Counted from the first letter of the stretch, positions 40,301-49,570 are shown. The stretch: 64,000 nt of DNA from Spirochaetia bacterium (GCA_965225855.1 CBDDCK010000001.1:64001-128000), one strand, 5' to 3'. Numbers and translations: made by a program. Notes: a model not told the origin generated them from the letters alone.

Positions 40301-40540
40301 TTCTTGAGTTGAAATGAGTAGCCAAAAAACTAGCAGCAAGGCACTAAAACAGCTCAATGAAAAATAGAAATAAAAACACTGACGCAAAAATAAGTAGCGG
40401 CGAAAATGGCGATAGTTTCTGCGGTAATGCTTTATTAGCTTGGAGTTACGCAATAAAAATTGCATAAGCAATAAAGGGTGTTGCAAACCAATTGCCAGTA
40501 GCTTATAGGGCCTAGTGCGATGTTTGAGCCATTTCATCAT
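34322..40540 (-). CDS. tamB: TamB/AsmA-like translocation and assembly protein, unusually long (2072 aa)
   Basis: N-terminal TM helix, long beta-rich body, TamB-like C-terminal region; directly upstream of bamA as in other spirochaetes. Confidence 0.7.
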   Translation of the reverse strand: MMKWLKHRTRPYKLLAIGLQHPLLLMQFLLRNSKLIKHYRRNYRHFRRYLFLRQCFYFYFSLSCFSALLLVFWLLISTQEWQTKIQRELKAVFLMLEQQHNIHIRFRSLRLNLLQQIQLSDIQVRLNIPNQVPNQGPLDIRESKLQFLPAFLKQMPHRSIAEINAHNHPKNKKAVAQPGLEKPPENYQTLTQLYLQVDNLQLRFELWPLLNNVWQQLYPKKIHKNTQTKQSLESNIQQNESLTEPLSPIFNKQIEPSLKLLGLLQHITKLSLGAVDLKIYTSQLNDLQNFPKKFQEDDQSTTENQEFIWQDFLQLLRVFPIEIHSLQLEFDFWQQFFEGEDIRILFQPDTSNIWKNPALQEQILFFAGSLYKYPWLKNLWNRIVTILPWNYQPLWYKKEKFPDSHSELEQNTTKISQKNPRNYLFELQGKFRGNIHRNNHAKNLAFWGQLHARGGLAYNLSQAYLIFQLPELHSDYGSFQPMEFQIEYQPTALKFQALSKIRTLNWQLTYFLKQQTVDLKLWANNFTLGHYLSYPTYNRLAAKTPLFKARITGQSQMQINLFKKSNPFTLDYQAQLSIWLPQISIAFNGEGNLDGLIAHNSRIWQKNWEAQFSGSLPYHTLLPDGLLNFQWKHAEIGYRGRFLLRRLQQERLLIDTLQSHFIGFGLPENSTLPLLDVKSLLTKISKERANATSPERQLSMGLPPWAQPQLRSLITYDQGNYYANAQLHIPLNQNQLRHSKSKHFGTASTLDAKNNPEPFYYGTPLYPSDSSQNLQQNILDREHSTAPFYLQPILALNASIKKQSQIMLELNSLKWDNQKKKFKDGPVLLSTLLGEDLPSFTELFFPGMNASLLKLNARLFNDDSQNFELWLDELQVEGAHTQQQILLQAMADSKQINLENLKLRWDTLKIDNNFRWDILAKNGNGLLKLQEHDVNYNIKQILLPQTRSMETQKIIEPKDTPKSKPRQQAWLLEGDYQLYAYFDYSKYQVAFQQIPLPTLPRLNLLNGGLTRTTTETLDTEKQFTGHSLLSLKAAGFYPQQSNWQVDVSQFRLEVPAGEYFSQGGELQFIGFLRPGEFQFQRLALLEPQRQLQGQGSLVFIRPLAPILPATSLIFSSVPADLTTQKTIQPKTEVSNPKTMPQPSRPYDKTEISFSKIQPPSLPLPSSWKENLDLEAEKNTSIGSVGYWEGSVSLQGFRTKASQLNITQGSTVQNQNSAEESLAINFHTQGQQFHAQGHGQLDISRFTRLLSLLQGKNYTSLEQGMLKFSAVGNGLIDGDIQSLFSNSLKVKAKNEAENLKPFTFDLQNIQGQWQLDNASYGGNNLELGSEILWNRSDAPIPTDIGLWLFSNIRGKWGQIFLERSFVSFQSTQNYTKQKLAGLLNYNIQLGKGNYYQSSLALSLERNSFSQLASTSDTELICWQGKLYSYPVHLYSSEPTNQAQSSISAITKNLRNQVNVKSIFPGFEMFVKPRIVQTEGPPVGELYLTRRRSEDLEIGIQSQKFWLNVGRIYPISFRAEGASSRGNIEAQIENLSIAPKLLNIFIPRDAVMKEPVVRFEQGRIFGSLKLYGNIFDPAIDGSLQLQNIRLRSPYFPSHWPTLNMELIAEGHIIMAKPFQIAFVDDGVIYGNGYEEAYLRHQTLKINRYYLGLQIEGKNGIPIFYDAYGIKYEANTKGFAILEGNEQGTNLNTDLEFNHLLMQGSSQYNSIEAESQNDPNNQSNENYDFTLNIRAKVGRSAYLVYPQKNSAIFNTQLNPSDELQILYDSNSQQNSIKGRITLYDGELYLLGSQITLRKGELIFDETFEQFSPDIKLFFNLYTYDQQGQDIQINIDYQGDLANLSEQNWSPKLYSQPPLPEQQLRYLVAAQLSSGGTNWAADQTLQQNQLFSQVLSYFGSSVVLKPIEDFVRKEFKLDKVNFQTDLLGNLLGDYFITDYSLGRRSYSNIHITASDSSNWVKYLDNTQLSFGMYIDRNNTILLSLNIDLLYKPQDTKQVLFSRNGLQVIPGLGLKFNTPLLDITWDIGMAHYNDYFITDTSLLLEWSLSKFLSRRRLATFKRDRKNVLYDWIAYEDG

Positions 40541-40546
40541 TCGCGC

Positions 40547-42136
40547 CTAAAATTCCTGTTCATTGGCAGATTCTGTTTGTGTTGGTAACTTTGTTGCCGA
40601 TTCGGATTGTTCTTTTACGGGAGCTGCTGATATTTGATTTATTTTTTGGGGAGTTTCGGTTTGATTAATTGGTGGGCTTTTTGGTATTTCTTCCAGCCTT
40701 CCTTCAAAAGTTTTTCCTGGGATTGGTATCGAAGAATTTAAGGGGGGCTGTGTTTCTGTTGTATTTTGGGGAATTAAATTTTCAGCAGGGTTTTCGATTG
40801 GCATTTTGTTGATTTGAATTTTTGAGGGAGGCGGTTCTACTGGCTGAATTTTCCGGCTGGGTGCTAAGTTGGTTGTTGATTTGGGTGCGCCCGGTATTTG
40901 GGGATTGGCAGAATTATTTTTACTAAAATGAAAACTCAATTTCCCTTTATGCAGCCATTGAGAATTAGAATTATGTGGCGAAGCAGGCTCAAAAATGAAT
41001 TGTCCAATTTTTTCCAACAGAAAGGAATTGATTTGCCAATTATAAGCTTTGAGCTGCGTCCCTGCAAAACTAACGCTGACAACTTTACCGCTGGCATCAA
41101 TTTGGAAGATAACCTCTACGGTTTGCTCTTCAATACCTTGCAACATACTTGCTGGGAATTCTAGCTTAGGCATATGGAGTAGGCTGCGCTGGCTTTGCCC
41201 CAGCCATTCCAATTTCCAGCTCAAATTCCGCCCGTTATCTAAAGGGATATTTAGTAGCTGGGCTCCCGGTGGTAAAATGGGTTCTGTTGTGCTTTTCGTT
41301 TTATTGGCAATACGATCGAGAATACTACCTTGAGTAAGGCCTTGAAGATTTGGACTATTGCTTATATTGTTTGCTAAGTTATTGACTGCTTGGTTGTTTT
41401 CATCTGGGGCTGTCTGTGTAGGCTGTATTGCAGGTTTCATGTCGTCCTCTATTTTTCGGAGCCTACGGCCTGGCAGGTAATCTAAGATGTCTATTGGATT
41501 TTCAGTGCTACTTTGCTTCTTTAGCCTACTACCAGGCAAAAATTTTAAAATATCTTGCTCATAGGTCAGGAGCTTGGGAAGGATTTTTTCTGCCGTTTGC
41601 CAATCCGAGGTGTCCACAAGATTTGTGTCCATTTCTGTTGCTTCTATTTCTTGGGTTTGCAATATTTCTGGATTCTGCTCTTCTGTTAAAGTATCAACAG
41701 ATATATCTTCTGTTTCAAATTCCGCTTTGGGCATATTATTTGGAACGGCTTCCCATTCTGCAATGGGTTTGGTCGCAAGCTTTCGGTTTAGCTCCGTTGG
41801 CTTTGATGGCCCTAACCAAAATTGTACAATAGGGTGCTTCTTTTTTGTGGTGGTGTTGCCAAAAAATACTTGCGCTGTAGCCGCTGGCTTTGTTGTTTGT
41901 TCTTCCACTGAAGCTGAAAATGGCAGAGTTTCAACCGTTTTTTGCATTTTGCTTTCCGTTTTTTTTACTTGGCTTGGTTGTGGGTGCATAAAGTTTTGTT
42001 GCGTTTTCCCAAAAAACAACCAAAGTACAATAAGGCCAATATGAACAAAGCTAACCGTAGCAAATATTTCAGAGCGCAAGATTTTCCCTTCCCAAAGTTT
42101 TGCTTTTGATGGTTTAAAATTGTGCTTGCTTCGCAC
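40547..42136 (-). CDS. TonB-like energy transducer
   Basis: TM anchor with S..H (VSFVHIG), long disordered linker, TonB-C-like RSLLHMPKLEFP...VEVIFQIDASGKVVSV, Pro-rich tail; follows exbD. Confidence 0.6.
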   Translation of the reverse strand: MRSKHNFKPSKAKLWEGKILRSEIFATVSFVHIGLIVLWLFFGKTQQNFMHPQPSQVKKTESKMQKTVETLPFSASVEEQTTKPAATAQVFFGNTTTKKKHPIVQFWLGPSKPTELNRKLATKPIAEWEAVPNNMPKAEFETEDISVDTLTEEQNPEILQTQEIEATEMDTNLVDTSDWQTAEKILPKLLTYEQDILKFLPGSRLKKQSSTENPIDILDYLPGRRLRKIEDDMKPAIQPTQTAPDENNQAVNNLANNISNSPNLQGLTQGSILDRIANKTKSTTEPILPPGAQLLNIPLDNGRNLSWKLEWLGQSQRSLLHMPKLEFPASMLQGIEEQTVEVIFQIDASGKVVSVSFAGTQLKAYNWQINSFLLEKIGQFIFEPASPHNSNSQWLHKGKLSFHFSKNNSANPQIPGAPKSTTNLAPSRKIQPVEPPPSKIQINKMPIENPAENLIPQNTTETQPPLNSSIPIPGKTFEGRLEEIPKSPPINQTETPQKINQISAAPVKEQSESATKLPTQTESANEQEF

Positions 42137-42674
42137 TCACATCGAGATCGAGAGGTAGGCCCCAAGGATAGAGTATATTGCAAATGGCAATCACCCGCCC
42201 ATAATCCAATTTTCGGTCAGCACGTAATCGTATGCGACTAACTTGCGAAAAAATTTGTTGTGAATTTTGCAGGTGTTCTAATTGTCGTTGCAAAGCTTGA
42301 AAAACAGTCTCTACTGAAATAGTTCCCCCCGAGTTTGATTGCGAATTGGCATTATGGTTCAATTTTGTGATAGAGCCTATTGCACTGCGCCATTCTTGGA
42401 TAATACTTAAACCGTTTTGCAGTTGGATACGGTAATCCAGATCGGGGCGAACGACCAGCACTAAAATATTATCGTTTTGCTCTGCGGGAGCATTTGAGGA
42501 ATTATTTGGGGGAGCCGCCGGCATAGAAGGGGGGCTAACTTCCAGACTGCGCTGGGTTGGACTATTATTAACCATAAAAAATATTAATACCAGAAACATT
42601 ATATCTATTAGGGGGGTTAACATGGGCCCTCGATCGAGTAAGTTGTTTAAAAGGCTTCGTTTACGTATAGCCAT
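42114..42674 (-). CDS. exbD: ExbD/TolR biopolymer transport protein
   Basis: LTPLIDIMFLVLIFFMV and LRADRKLDYGRVI. Confidence 0.88.
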   Translation of the reverse strand: MAIRKRSLLNNLLDRGPMLTPLIDIMFLVLIFFMVNNSPTQRSLEVSPPSMPAAPPNNSSNAPAEQNDNILVLVVRPDLDYRIQLQNGLSIIQEWRSAIGSITKLNHNANSQSNSGGTISVETVFQALQRQLEHLQNSQQIFSQVSRIRLRADRKLDYGRVIAICNILYPWGLPLDLDVSAKQAQF

Positions 42675-44612
42675 TTATGCATCATTTCCGCTTTTAAGCG
42701 GCTCGTCATTATATTGCATTTTTGTCGGTAGTATTGAATTTTGTTGTGGCAGTTTGCTAAATAGCTGTTGTTTTTCCGTCTCCAAAGTTGTTTCTGGACT
42801 TTTGAGGGGCTTGGGATTTTTGCTATCATCTTCTTCCAGCCCAATTTGTGAATACTCTTCCACGTTTGTTTGTTCCATATTTGGGCCATCATTGGCATTT
42901 TTTGGGATATTTGCTGTGTTTGAGCTTTGCTTTATGCTTTCTAGGGAAGCGGATATTTGGCCAATTGAGCTGCGCATTTTTTCCAGTTGCCGTATTCGGC
43001 TGCGCTCTCGCTCAAGTTGTAATTCCGCTAGGCGAGTGGCAAAAATATTGTCTTTGGAATTTGGGGAAGTTAGAAGGCTTACGGTTTCACTATTGGAGGC
43101 GATTCCATTTATTTCTCTTCTGATTTGTTCAGACTTTTGTTGCTTGGGGGCTGGGTTTGTAATTATAGAGGTCGAGACTTGGTTTTCTGGCGTTTGTGTT
43201 TTTTGAGCTTTTGTTTGTACTTGCTTTAGTTGATTGAAATTTTCTTGCTCTTCAGGTTTTTCTCTGAGCTCTTCTTCTGTTATTGCTTCCAGAATTTCTT
43301 TAAGGGGGGGATTAGAGACTTGGTTTTCTGGATTTAGCGAGTCCTCTTGATTTTTGCTCCCATCGAAATTGAAATTAGAATTTTTCCCCTCCACCATAGG
43401 AATCGTCATGGGAATCACAATAGGTTGATTAGATTTGTATTCTGGCATAGGCTTTAGCTGGTCATTTTTGGGCGAAGGATTTTGATTTGATTTCAAGCTA
43501 GTATTTGGGGTTGGAGTTTGGAATATTTGAGCAACGGCCAATTGTTCTGTTGCCAATTTTATTTGCTCTGCTTGTTCTTTGTCCTTGAGAATTGCATTTT
43601 CAATTTTTTCTTCCTGTTGATCGGATATTATCGGTGCTTGTTGGGCATTCTGGTTGATTTCCTGTTTTTGTATTGGTGTTTGTTTTTCAGACAATGCCGA
43701 TGATGAAGGTACTCGCATTTCCTCTTCGATTTTATTAGGTTTTGGAAAATTTTCTTGAAAATTATGAGAACCCCTAAACTGATCTGGGTTTCCGTTAATC
43801 GTAGAATATTGCACAGAGTGCGTTGGAGTTGCATGTTTAGGTATTTGCTTGGCAGGTAGAACATTAGCCGAAGAAAGTATTTGGGAAGGTATTTGAGTTT
43901 GTTGTTCTAAAGCCCGATTTTGATGCATAAACAGCAATATATCATGGCCAATTTGTTCTAGTGTTGCCACGCGCTGGGCACTAGAATTTAAGAATAATTG
44001 TTGACCAATAATTGCTGGAATAGCAACAATTAAACCACCTGCAGTGGTTACCAACGCCTGGGAAATACCTTGGGCTAGCTGGGTATTTTGTTCAAGGGCC
44101 CCATTTTGAAAGGCATAAATCATTCCTGTAACGGTACCTAGCAAACCTAAAAGGGTTGATACATTGGCAATTAAGTGGAACAAACTGCAGTGTTTTTCGA
44201 GCCGCTGGCCTAATTCCTCAATACCAATTTCTAGCCACTGCTCCAGACGGTGGATTTGATTATCAGTGGGAGGTGCGATTATTTCAAACCAAGTTCTGGC
44301 CTCGCTAGCTTCAACTTGTGGCGTGTATAATGAAAAAGTATCATGCTTGATGAAGTAAAAGCTTTTTCGCAATAAAATTGCTTCAGGTCCGTACTCGGTT
44401 TCCAAAAGTAGGCCTAGTTCTTTGAGCTGGCCATCTTTGAGTAGCAAGCGTATTTGCTCTGGTAATTTGTGATTGTGCCATCGCCAACTTTTTAGTAATA
44501 GTAGTTTTTCTATTATCAAGCTAAGCGAACAGATAGAAAGCAGCAATAATAAAGCAAAAAAAGGCGCATTGAGAATCCAGAATTGGGGATTATCAGTGAG
44601 GGTAGGTATCAT
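42675..44612 (-). CDS. exbB: ExbB/TolQ/MotA proton channel with a long low-complexity C-terminal extension
   Basis: IANVSTLLGLLGTVTGMI and GISQALVTTAGGLIVAIPA; about 400-aa Q/N/E/P-rich tail. Confidence 0.85.
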   Translation of the reverse strand: MIPTLTDNPQFWILNAPFFALLLLLSICSLSLIIEKLLLLKSWRWHNHKLPEQIRLLLKDGQLKELGLLLETEYGPEAILLRKSFYFIKHDTFSLYTPQVEASEARTWFEIIAPPTDNQIHRLEQWLEIGIEELGQRLEKHCSLFHLIANVSTLLGLLGTVTGMIYAFQNGALEQNTQLAQGISQALVTTAGGLIVAIPAIIGQQLFLNSSAQRVATLEQIGHDILLFMHQNRALEQQTQIPSQILSSANVLPAKQIPKHATPTHSVQYSTINGNPDQFRGSHNFQENFPKPNKIEEEMRVPSSSALSEKQTPIQKQEINQNAQQAPIISDQQEEKIENAILKDKEQAEQIKLATEQLAVAQIFQTPTPNTSLKSNQNPSPKNDQLKPMPEYKSNQPIVIPMTIPMVEGKNSNFNFDGSKNQEDSLNPENQVSNPPLKEILEAITEEELREKPEEQENFNQLKQVQTKAQKTQTPENQVSTSIITNPAPKQQKSEQIRREINGIASNSETVSLLTSPNSKDNIFATRLAELQLERERSRIRQLEKMRSSIGQISASLESIKQSSNTANIPKNANDGPNMEQTNVEEYSQIGLEEDDSKNPKPLKSPETTLETEKQQLFSKLPQQNSILPTKMQYNDEPLKSGNDA

Positions 44613-44616
44613 TGAA

Positions 44617-45048
44617 TTATTGAGCAGGAATTGGAACTAGAGTTTCGTCCAATAAAATATTTGTCGTTGCGGGTAGAATACGCTTATTTGCATCGAGTAA
44701 GCGAGAAGCTTTGCCTTGCTGTTTTTGTTCATTCAGTATTTGGTTTGTTGCAGTAGGCCTTTGGGTTTGTTCATCAAGAAGACTTATATCGTACCAATCC
44801 AGCGAGCTATCACGCGTTTGGAGATACCGATTATTGCGATCGTAAAGCGGTAGATTCGGTAAACTAAGGCGATCGTTTTGTCTAACAGCACTGGGAGGTA
44901 GACTCACCTGAAAACTATAATTGAGGCTTGCGTTATTTTGGCTATCTTGAGCATCATTTGGTTGTAGGCTCCCTGCTAGAAGCAATAGTAAGCCTGCACT
45001 TGTAATGATGGTCCAACGAGACTTATGTGAAAAATATTTAGTTTGCAT
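44617..45048 (-). CDS. Hypothetical exported protein
   Basis: 143-aa ORF with signal-like N-terminus, 4 bp upstream of exbB. Confidence 0.6.
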   Translation of the reverse strand: MQTKYFSHKSRWTIITSAGLLLLLAGSLQPNDAQDSQNNASLNYSFQVSLPPSAVRQNDRLSLPNLPLYDRNNRYLQTRDSSLDWYDISLLDEQTQRPTATNQILNEQKQQGKASRLLDANKRILPATTNILLDETLVPIPAQ

Positions 45049-45209
45049 GATTCTATTCTAGCAAGATATTTTGCCGGGGACAATTCAAAACAGCCGAGAA
45101 ATTTATAAGCTGCTACCTTGTATCATTATTTTATTTTCAGTATAGTATATACTCTTGAAATAACGGTATCTTGGCGGATTTTGCTGAGATATTTGTGGGG
45201 GTCCTAAAA

Positions 45210-45473
45210 ATGGATAAAGATACTAAAATAAAAATTATTACTGAATACGGTAAAAATGCCTTAGATACAGGTTCTGCTGAAGTCCAAATAGCCTTGTTGA
45301 CATACCGGATCAATGAGTTGCAAGAGCATTTTGCCCAACACAAAAAGGATCATGCCTCTCGCAGGGGACTACTAAAAATGGTTGGTGATCGGCGCCGTTT
45401 GCTGCGCTATTTAGAACGGAATAATTTAAAGAGCTACCGCGAATTACTCAAAAAACTCGGTTTGCGTCGCTAA
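45210..45473 (+). CDS. rpsO: 30S ribosomal protein S15
   Basis: [29 protein letters not shown] and LGLRR; likely start ATG 45210. Confidence 0.97.
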   Translation: MDKDTKIKIITEYGKNALDTGSAEVQIALLTYRINELQEHFAQHKKDHASRRGLLKMVGDRRRLLRYLERNNLKSYRELLKKLGLRR

Positions 45474-45551
45474 CACAATTTTTTTGAGTAGTATGAGTTT
45501 TCCCAATATATCAATTATATATATTGCGAAAGCTGTAACTCGGGATATTCA

Positions 45552-45832
45552 ATGACGATTCGCTTACCGGCTGTGGGTAAGCTGGCTAAAAAATATTTGA
45601 AAGTTCGCAATCTTTAGCCTCCCGATTTGAAGCATTGAAAACGTAAGGTGTATCGCATTTTACTTTTGTTGTGGGTGGTTCTGAAGGTCTAAGCCCAATA
45701 GTTTTAAAACGAGCAAATATGCAATTAGCATTTTCGCCATTGACCTTTCCACACCGGCTTTTTCGTTTAATTCTTTGCGAGCAAATTTATCGCTGCCTAA
45801 AAATTCATAGCGGACAAATTTACCAAAAATGA
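45552..45832 (+). pseudogene. rlmH: 23S rRNA m3Psi1915 methyltransferase pseudogene
   Basis: MTIRLPAVGKLAKKYLK, then a frameshift with internal deletion, an in-frame TAA, then FVVGGSEGLS...AFSPLTFPHRLFRLILCEQIYR...YQK (RlmH C-terminus). Confidence 0.88.
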
Positions 45833-45998
45833 AAATTGTTTAATACTATTTTTATCCTTAAGACAGATAATGAGATAATAAAAAAAGTTTTCTTTATTTT
45901 TAGATTATGCTATAGTCTGCGATTCACTAAAGTACATACTTGAAAATGAGTGAATGATTTTTATAAATTCAAAATATTTGGTTAGGAAGTCATAATTT

Positions 45999-47162
45999 AT
46001 GACAAATAAATATATTTTTACATCGGAATCGGTGAGCGAAGGACACCCGGATAAAGTTGCCGATCAAATTTCTGATGCAATTTTAGATGCGTCTTTGGCT
46101 AGTGATGCTGACAGTCGTGTTGCCTGCGAAACATATACGACTACAGGTATGGTTCTCGTTGGTGGAGAAATTACTACGAATACTTATGTTGATATTCAAA
46201 GTTTGGCGCGCAAAGTGGTAAAGGATATTGGCTACACTAAGTCGGAATACGGTTTAGACTGGGAGTCGATGGCGGTTATCAATGTGATTCATTCTCAATC
46301 ACCGGATATAGCCCAAGGTGTTTCTGGTAGTAGCGGGCTCTATGATGGTAAGCAAGGAGCAGGCGACCAAGGTATGATGTTTGGTTATGCTTGTCGTGAA
46401 ACACCAGAATTAATGCCTGCGCCAATTCTTTATTCCCATAAGTTACTACAAAAAGCCGCAGAGCTACGTAAAAATGGTCAGTTATCTTGGCTGCGTCCAG
46501 ATGCCAAAAGCCAAGTGTCCTTGGAATATGAAAATGGAAAACCTATACGTGTTGATTCTGTCGTAATGTCGCATCAACACGATGAAGAAATTGAGCACGA
46601 TCAAATTTCTAAAGTTTTAAAAAAAGAAGTGATTAGAGCCGTTTTGGGGCCAAGTGGTTTGTTAGATGATCAAACGAAATTCTATATCAATCCTACAGGG
46701 CGTTTTGTGATTGGTGGGCCTCATGGTGATGCTGGGTTGACTGGGCGCAAAATTATTGTTGATACATATGGTGGTATGGGGAGGCATGGCGGCGGTGCTT
46801 TTTCCGGAAAAGACCCTTCTAAAGTTGATCGGTCTGCGGCTTATATGGCTCGTTATATTGCCAAGCATGTTGTTGCTGCTGAACTGGCCGATCGTTGTGA
46901 AGTTGAGCTATCTTATGCGATTGGTGTACCTTTTCCAATTTCGGTAACGGTTACTACATTTGATACTGGCAAAGCTTCGGAAGAGCGCATTAGTGGTGCA
47001 CTGCAAAAAGTGTTTGATTTGAGCCCTGGGGGCATTATTCGTACACTGAATTTGAAACGCCCTATTTATGGACTGACTTCTAGTTATGGGCATTTTGGTC
47101 GCGATGAATTTCCATGGGAAAAAATAGATAAAATTGCTGAATTGCAAAAAGCCGTTGGTTAA
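45999..47162 (+). CDS. metK: S-adenosylmethionine synthetase
   Basis: [33 protein letters not shown] and [16 protein letters not shown]. Confidence 0.98.
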   Translation: MTNKYIFTSESVSEGHPDKVADQISDAILDASLASDADSRVACETYTTTGMVLVGGEITTNTYVDIQSLARKVVKDIGYTKSEYGLDWESMAVINVIHSQSPDIAQGVSGSSGLYDGKQGAGDQGMMFGYACRETPELMPAPILYSHKLLQKAAELRKNGQLSWLRPDAKSQVSLEYENGKPIRVDSVVMSHQHDEEIEHDQISKVLKKEVIRAVLGPSGLLDDQTKFYINPTGRFVIGGPHGDAGLTGRKIIVDTYGGMGRHGGGAFSGKDPSKVDRSAAYMARYIAKHVVAAELADRCEVELSYAIGVPFPISVTVTTFDTGKASEERISGALQKVFDLSPGGIIRTLNLKRPIYGLTSSYGHFGRDEFPWEKIDKIAELQKAVG

Positions 47163-47221
47163 GTAGGGCTAAACTTTTTGTTTTCGTGGAATTGGTAATT
47201 TAATTATATCTGTGAGGAAAT

Positions 47222-47953
47222 ATGTCAGGTCATAGTAAATGGTCTACTATCAAACACAAAAAAGGTGCAGTCGATGCTAAGCGTGGTAAACTGTTTACAA
47301 AACTGATTAAGGAAATTACCGTTGCAGCACGCATTGGGGGAGGCGATGCCGAAAGTAATCCACGGTTGCGTGCTGCTTTAATTAAAGCACGCAGTTCTAA
47401 TATGCCAAAAGACAATATTGACCGGGCGATAAAAAAAGGCTCTGGTGAATTGGAAGGTGAAGAATATTTAGAATTGCAATATGAAGCTTATGCCCCGGGC
47501 GGTGTTGGACTTTTGATAGAAGCTTTGACCGAGAGTAAAAACCGTACTGCTGCGGATATACGTTCAATCTTAAATAAAGGGAATGGTTCTTTGACAACGG
47601 CTGGAGCTGTGTCTTTTCAATTTCATCGCAAGGGTGTTATTGCTTTTGATGTGGAACAAATTGATTTTGAACAGTTGTTTGAAATAGCGTTGGAATCTGG
47701 GGCTGAAGATGTTCTTGATTCTGGTGAAGTCCATACAGCGACTTTTGATTTTGAAAATGTTTTGAAAGCTCTGGAAGAAAAAGGGTTTTCCCATCTTTTT
47801 GCTGAAATTCAATGGGTAGCCGAAAACTGCTTGACATTAGGTACGGAAGAAACCAAAAAAGTTTTAAATTTAATTGAGCATTTAGAAGACTGCGATGACG
47901 TTCAGAGTGTCGCTAGCAATCTCTATATTCCTAGCGAATTTAATTTTAATTGA
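47222..47953 (+). CDS. yebC: YebC/PmpR family protein
   Basis: MSGHSKWSTIKHKK, NPRLR, NMPKDNIDRAIKK and LEDCDDVQ. Confidence 0.95.
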   Translation: MSGHSKWSTIKHKKGAVDAKRGKLFTKLIKEITVAARIGGGDAESNPRLRAALIKARSSNMPKDNIDRAIKKGSGELEGEEYLELQYEAYAPGGVGLLIEALTESKNRTAADIRSILNKGNGSLTTAGAVSFQFHRKGVIAFDVEQIDFEQLFEIALESGAEDVLDSGEVHTATFDFENVLKALEEKGFSHLFAEIQWVAENCLTLGTEETKKVLNLIEHLEDCDDVQSVASNLYIPSEFNFN

Positions 47954-47971
47954 TTTTGCTTTGATTTTCTT

Positions 47972-48301
47972 TTAAGAGAGAAGCTCTTCGATTTCTTTTT
48001 GGGCGGCTGTTTTTTCTTGTACACCCGTTTTCTTTATCGCTTTGCGAACAATAGAATCCAGTTTTTTGGCGGGAAAAGCAGATTTTATTTCTTCAATCAG
48101 TTCTAATATTTCAATGCTATGACTGATATTATAAATCTTTAACTCATCGTGAAAAAACAAAGATTCTAGCTGATCGATATACTCCCCCACACTGCGGGAA
48201 GGGCCTCCCATTTCTTTTGAAGTTTTCCGTTCTAAAACTTCTTCTTTTTTTCTGGCTTTTTTTACTTCGCGATCGCGCTTTTCGAGCTCTGTTCTTCTCA
48301 T
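47972..48301 (-). CDS. Hypothetical protein
   Basis: 109-aa charged ORF with GGAGG RBS. Confidence 0.7.
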   Translation of the reverse strand: MRRTELEKRDREVKKARKKEEVLERKTSKEMGGPSRSVGEYIDQLESLFFHDELKIYNISHSIEILELIEEIKSAFPAKKLDSIVRKAIKKTGVQEKTAAQKEIEELLS

Positions 48302-48343
48302 TATTTACCTCCTAAATCCTGTCTGCTCAAAAGTATAAAATTT

Positions 48344-49570
48344 TTATTTATCTTTGTAATGCTCTTGAATTTGCTCAATGATAGGATAAATTTCAAAAAA
48401 TATATCGACAACTTCAGGGTCAAATTTTGTACTGGAGCAGTTTTTGATCTCTGTTATCACATCTTCTTTGGACCATGAATTTTTATATACTCGTGCAGAA
48501 GAAAGCGCATCAAAAACATCGCATAATGATACAATTCGGGCTTCGAGCGGGATTTCTTCTTTTTTCAATCCTTTGTTTTTCCCGTTTTTATCTAGGGCTA
48601 ATGGTCTCCAAGTATTCTCATCTACCCAACCTGGGTAGCCTGTTCCGTCCCAATTTTCATGATGGCGCAAGACAATATCCCTTGCCACAATATCTAATCG
48701 AGATTCTTTATTGCGGAATAATTCTGCTCCTATAATCGTGTGGGCTTGCATCACACGGAATTCTTCAACGGTAAAACGGGCAGGTTTTTTGAGGATAGTG
48801 TCTGAAACACCCACTTTTCCCACATCGTGCAACATTGCTGCCATGCGCAAATTATCACAATTATGCAGTATATCATCTAAACTGAAATCTCTGTGTCTGG
48901 CCCAAACCTTATAGATTTCTACGGCAAATGTCGCCACACGGTTTACGTGAGGCCCCGTCTCCTTTGGGTCGCGCAAACTGGCCATGTTAATCATTCGCAT
49001 TAACATAGCACGAGTCATTTTGGCACGCTGTAAGGCTATTGTTGCTACCGCTGCATAGTGGCTCAAAAACGATTCATCATTTTTATGGAACGCAATGGTC
49101 TCCTGCGTTTTCTCATCTTTGGCATTGATCAATTGCAATACACCCAAAATTTCATTCTGGTTGGTTATTAGCGGGAAGCAAATACTGGATTTTGTGTAGT
49201 AGCCTGTATCTTTGTCAAAACGGCTGCTAAAACTATAGGGAGCATTAGCGGGGATATTGTACATATCTTGAATATTTACTATTACCCCTCTGTTGGCTAC
49301 ATAGCCAGAAATCGTTTTGTCATTGATTTCTAACGATATATTTAAATATTTGGGCCGTTGGTTTTCTGATTGATTTTTGTCTAGTGTCTCATTTTGCGCA
49401 CTACGAATCACAAGCGAACTATCTTTTACTGTATAAATAGAACCAGCATCGGCATTTACTGCTTTTCTGGCTTCATATAGGACCTGATCAAGCAGAAACT
49501 CTATGTCTTGCGTCCTATTTAATTTTTGATCAATTTCCAAAATCAGCTTTAATTTTTTATCTGCAGTCAT
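48344..49570 (-). CDS. GAF plus HD-GYP c-di-GMP phosphodiesterase
   Basis: GAF (ADAGSIY...GVLQLINA); RDPKETGPHVNRV, LHDVGK, HHENWDGTGYP and DVFDAL. Confidence 0.9.
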   Translation of the reverse strand: MTADKKLKLILEIDQKLNRTQDIEFLLDQVLYEARKAVNADAGSIYTVKDSSLVIRSAQNETLDKNQSENQRPKYLNISLEINDKTISGYVANRGVIVNIQDMYNIPANAPYSFSSRFDKDTGYYTKSSICFPLITNQNEILGVLQLINAKDEKTQETIAFHKNDESFLSHYAAVATIALQRAKMTRAMLMRMINMASLRDPKETGPHVNRVATFAVEIYKVWARHRDFSLDDILHNCDNLRMAAMLHDVGKVGVSDTILKKPARFTVEEFRVMQAHTIIGAELFRNKESRLDIVARDIVLRHHENWDGTGYPGWVDENTWRPLALDKNGKNKGLKKEEIPLEARIVSLCDVFDALSSARVYKNSWSKEDVITEIKNCSSTKFDPEVVDIFFEIYPIIEQIQEHYKDK

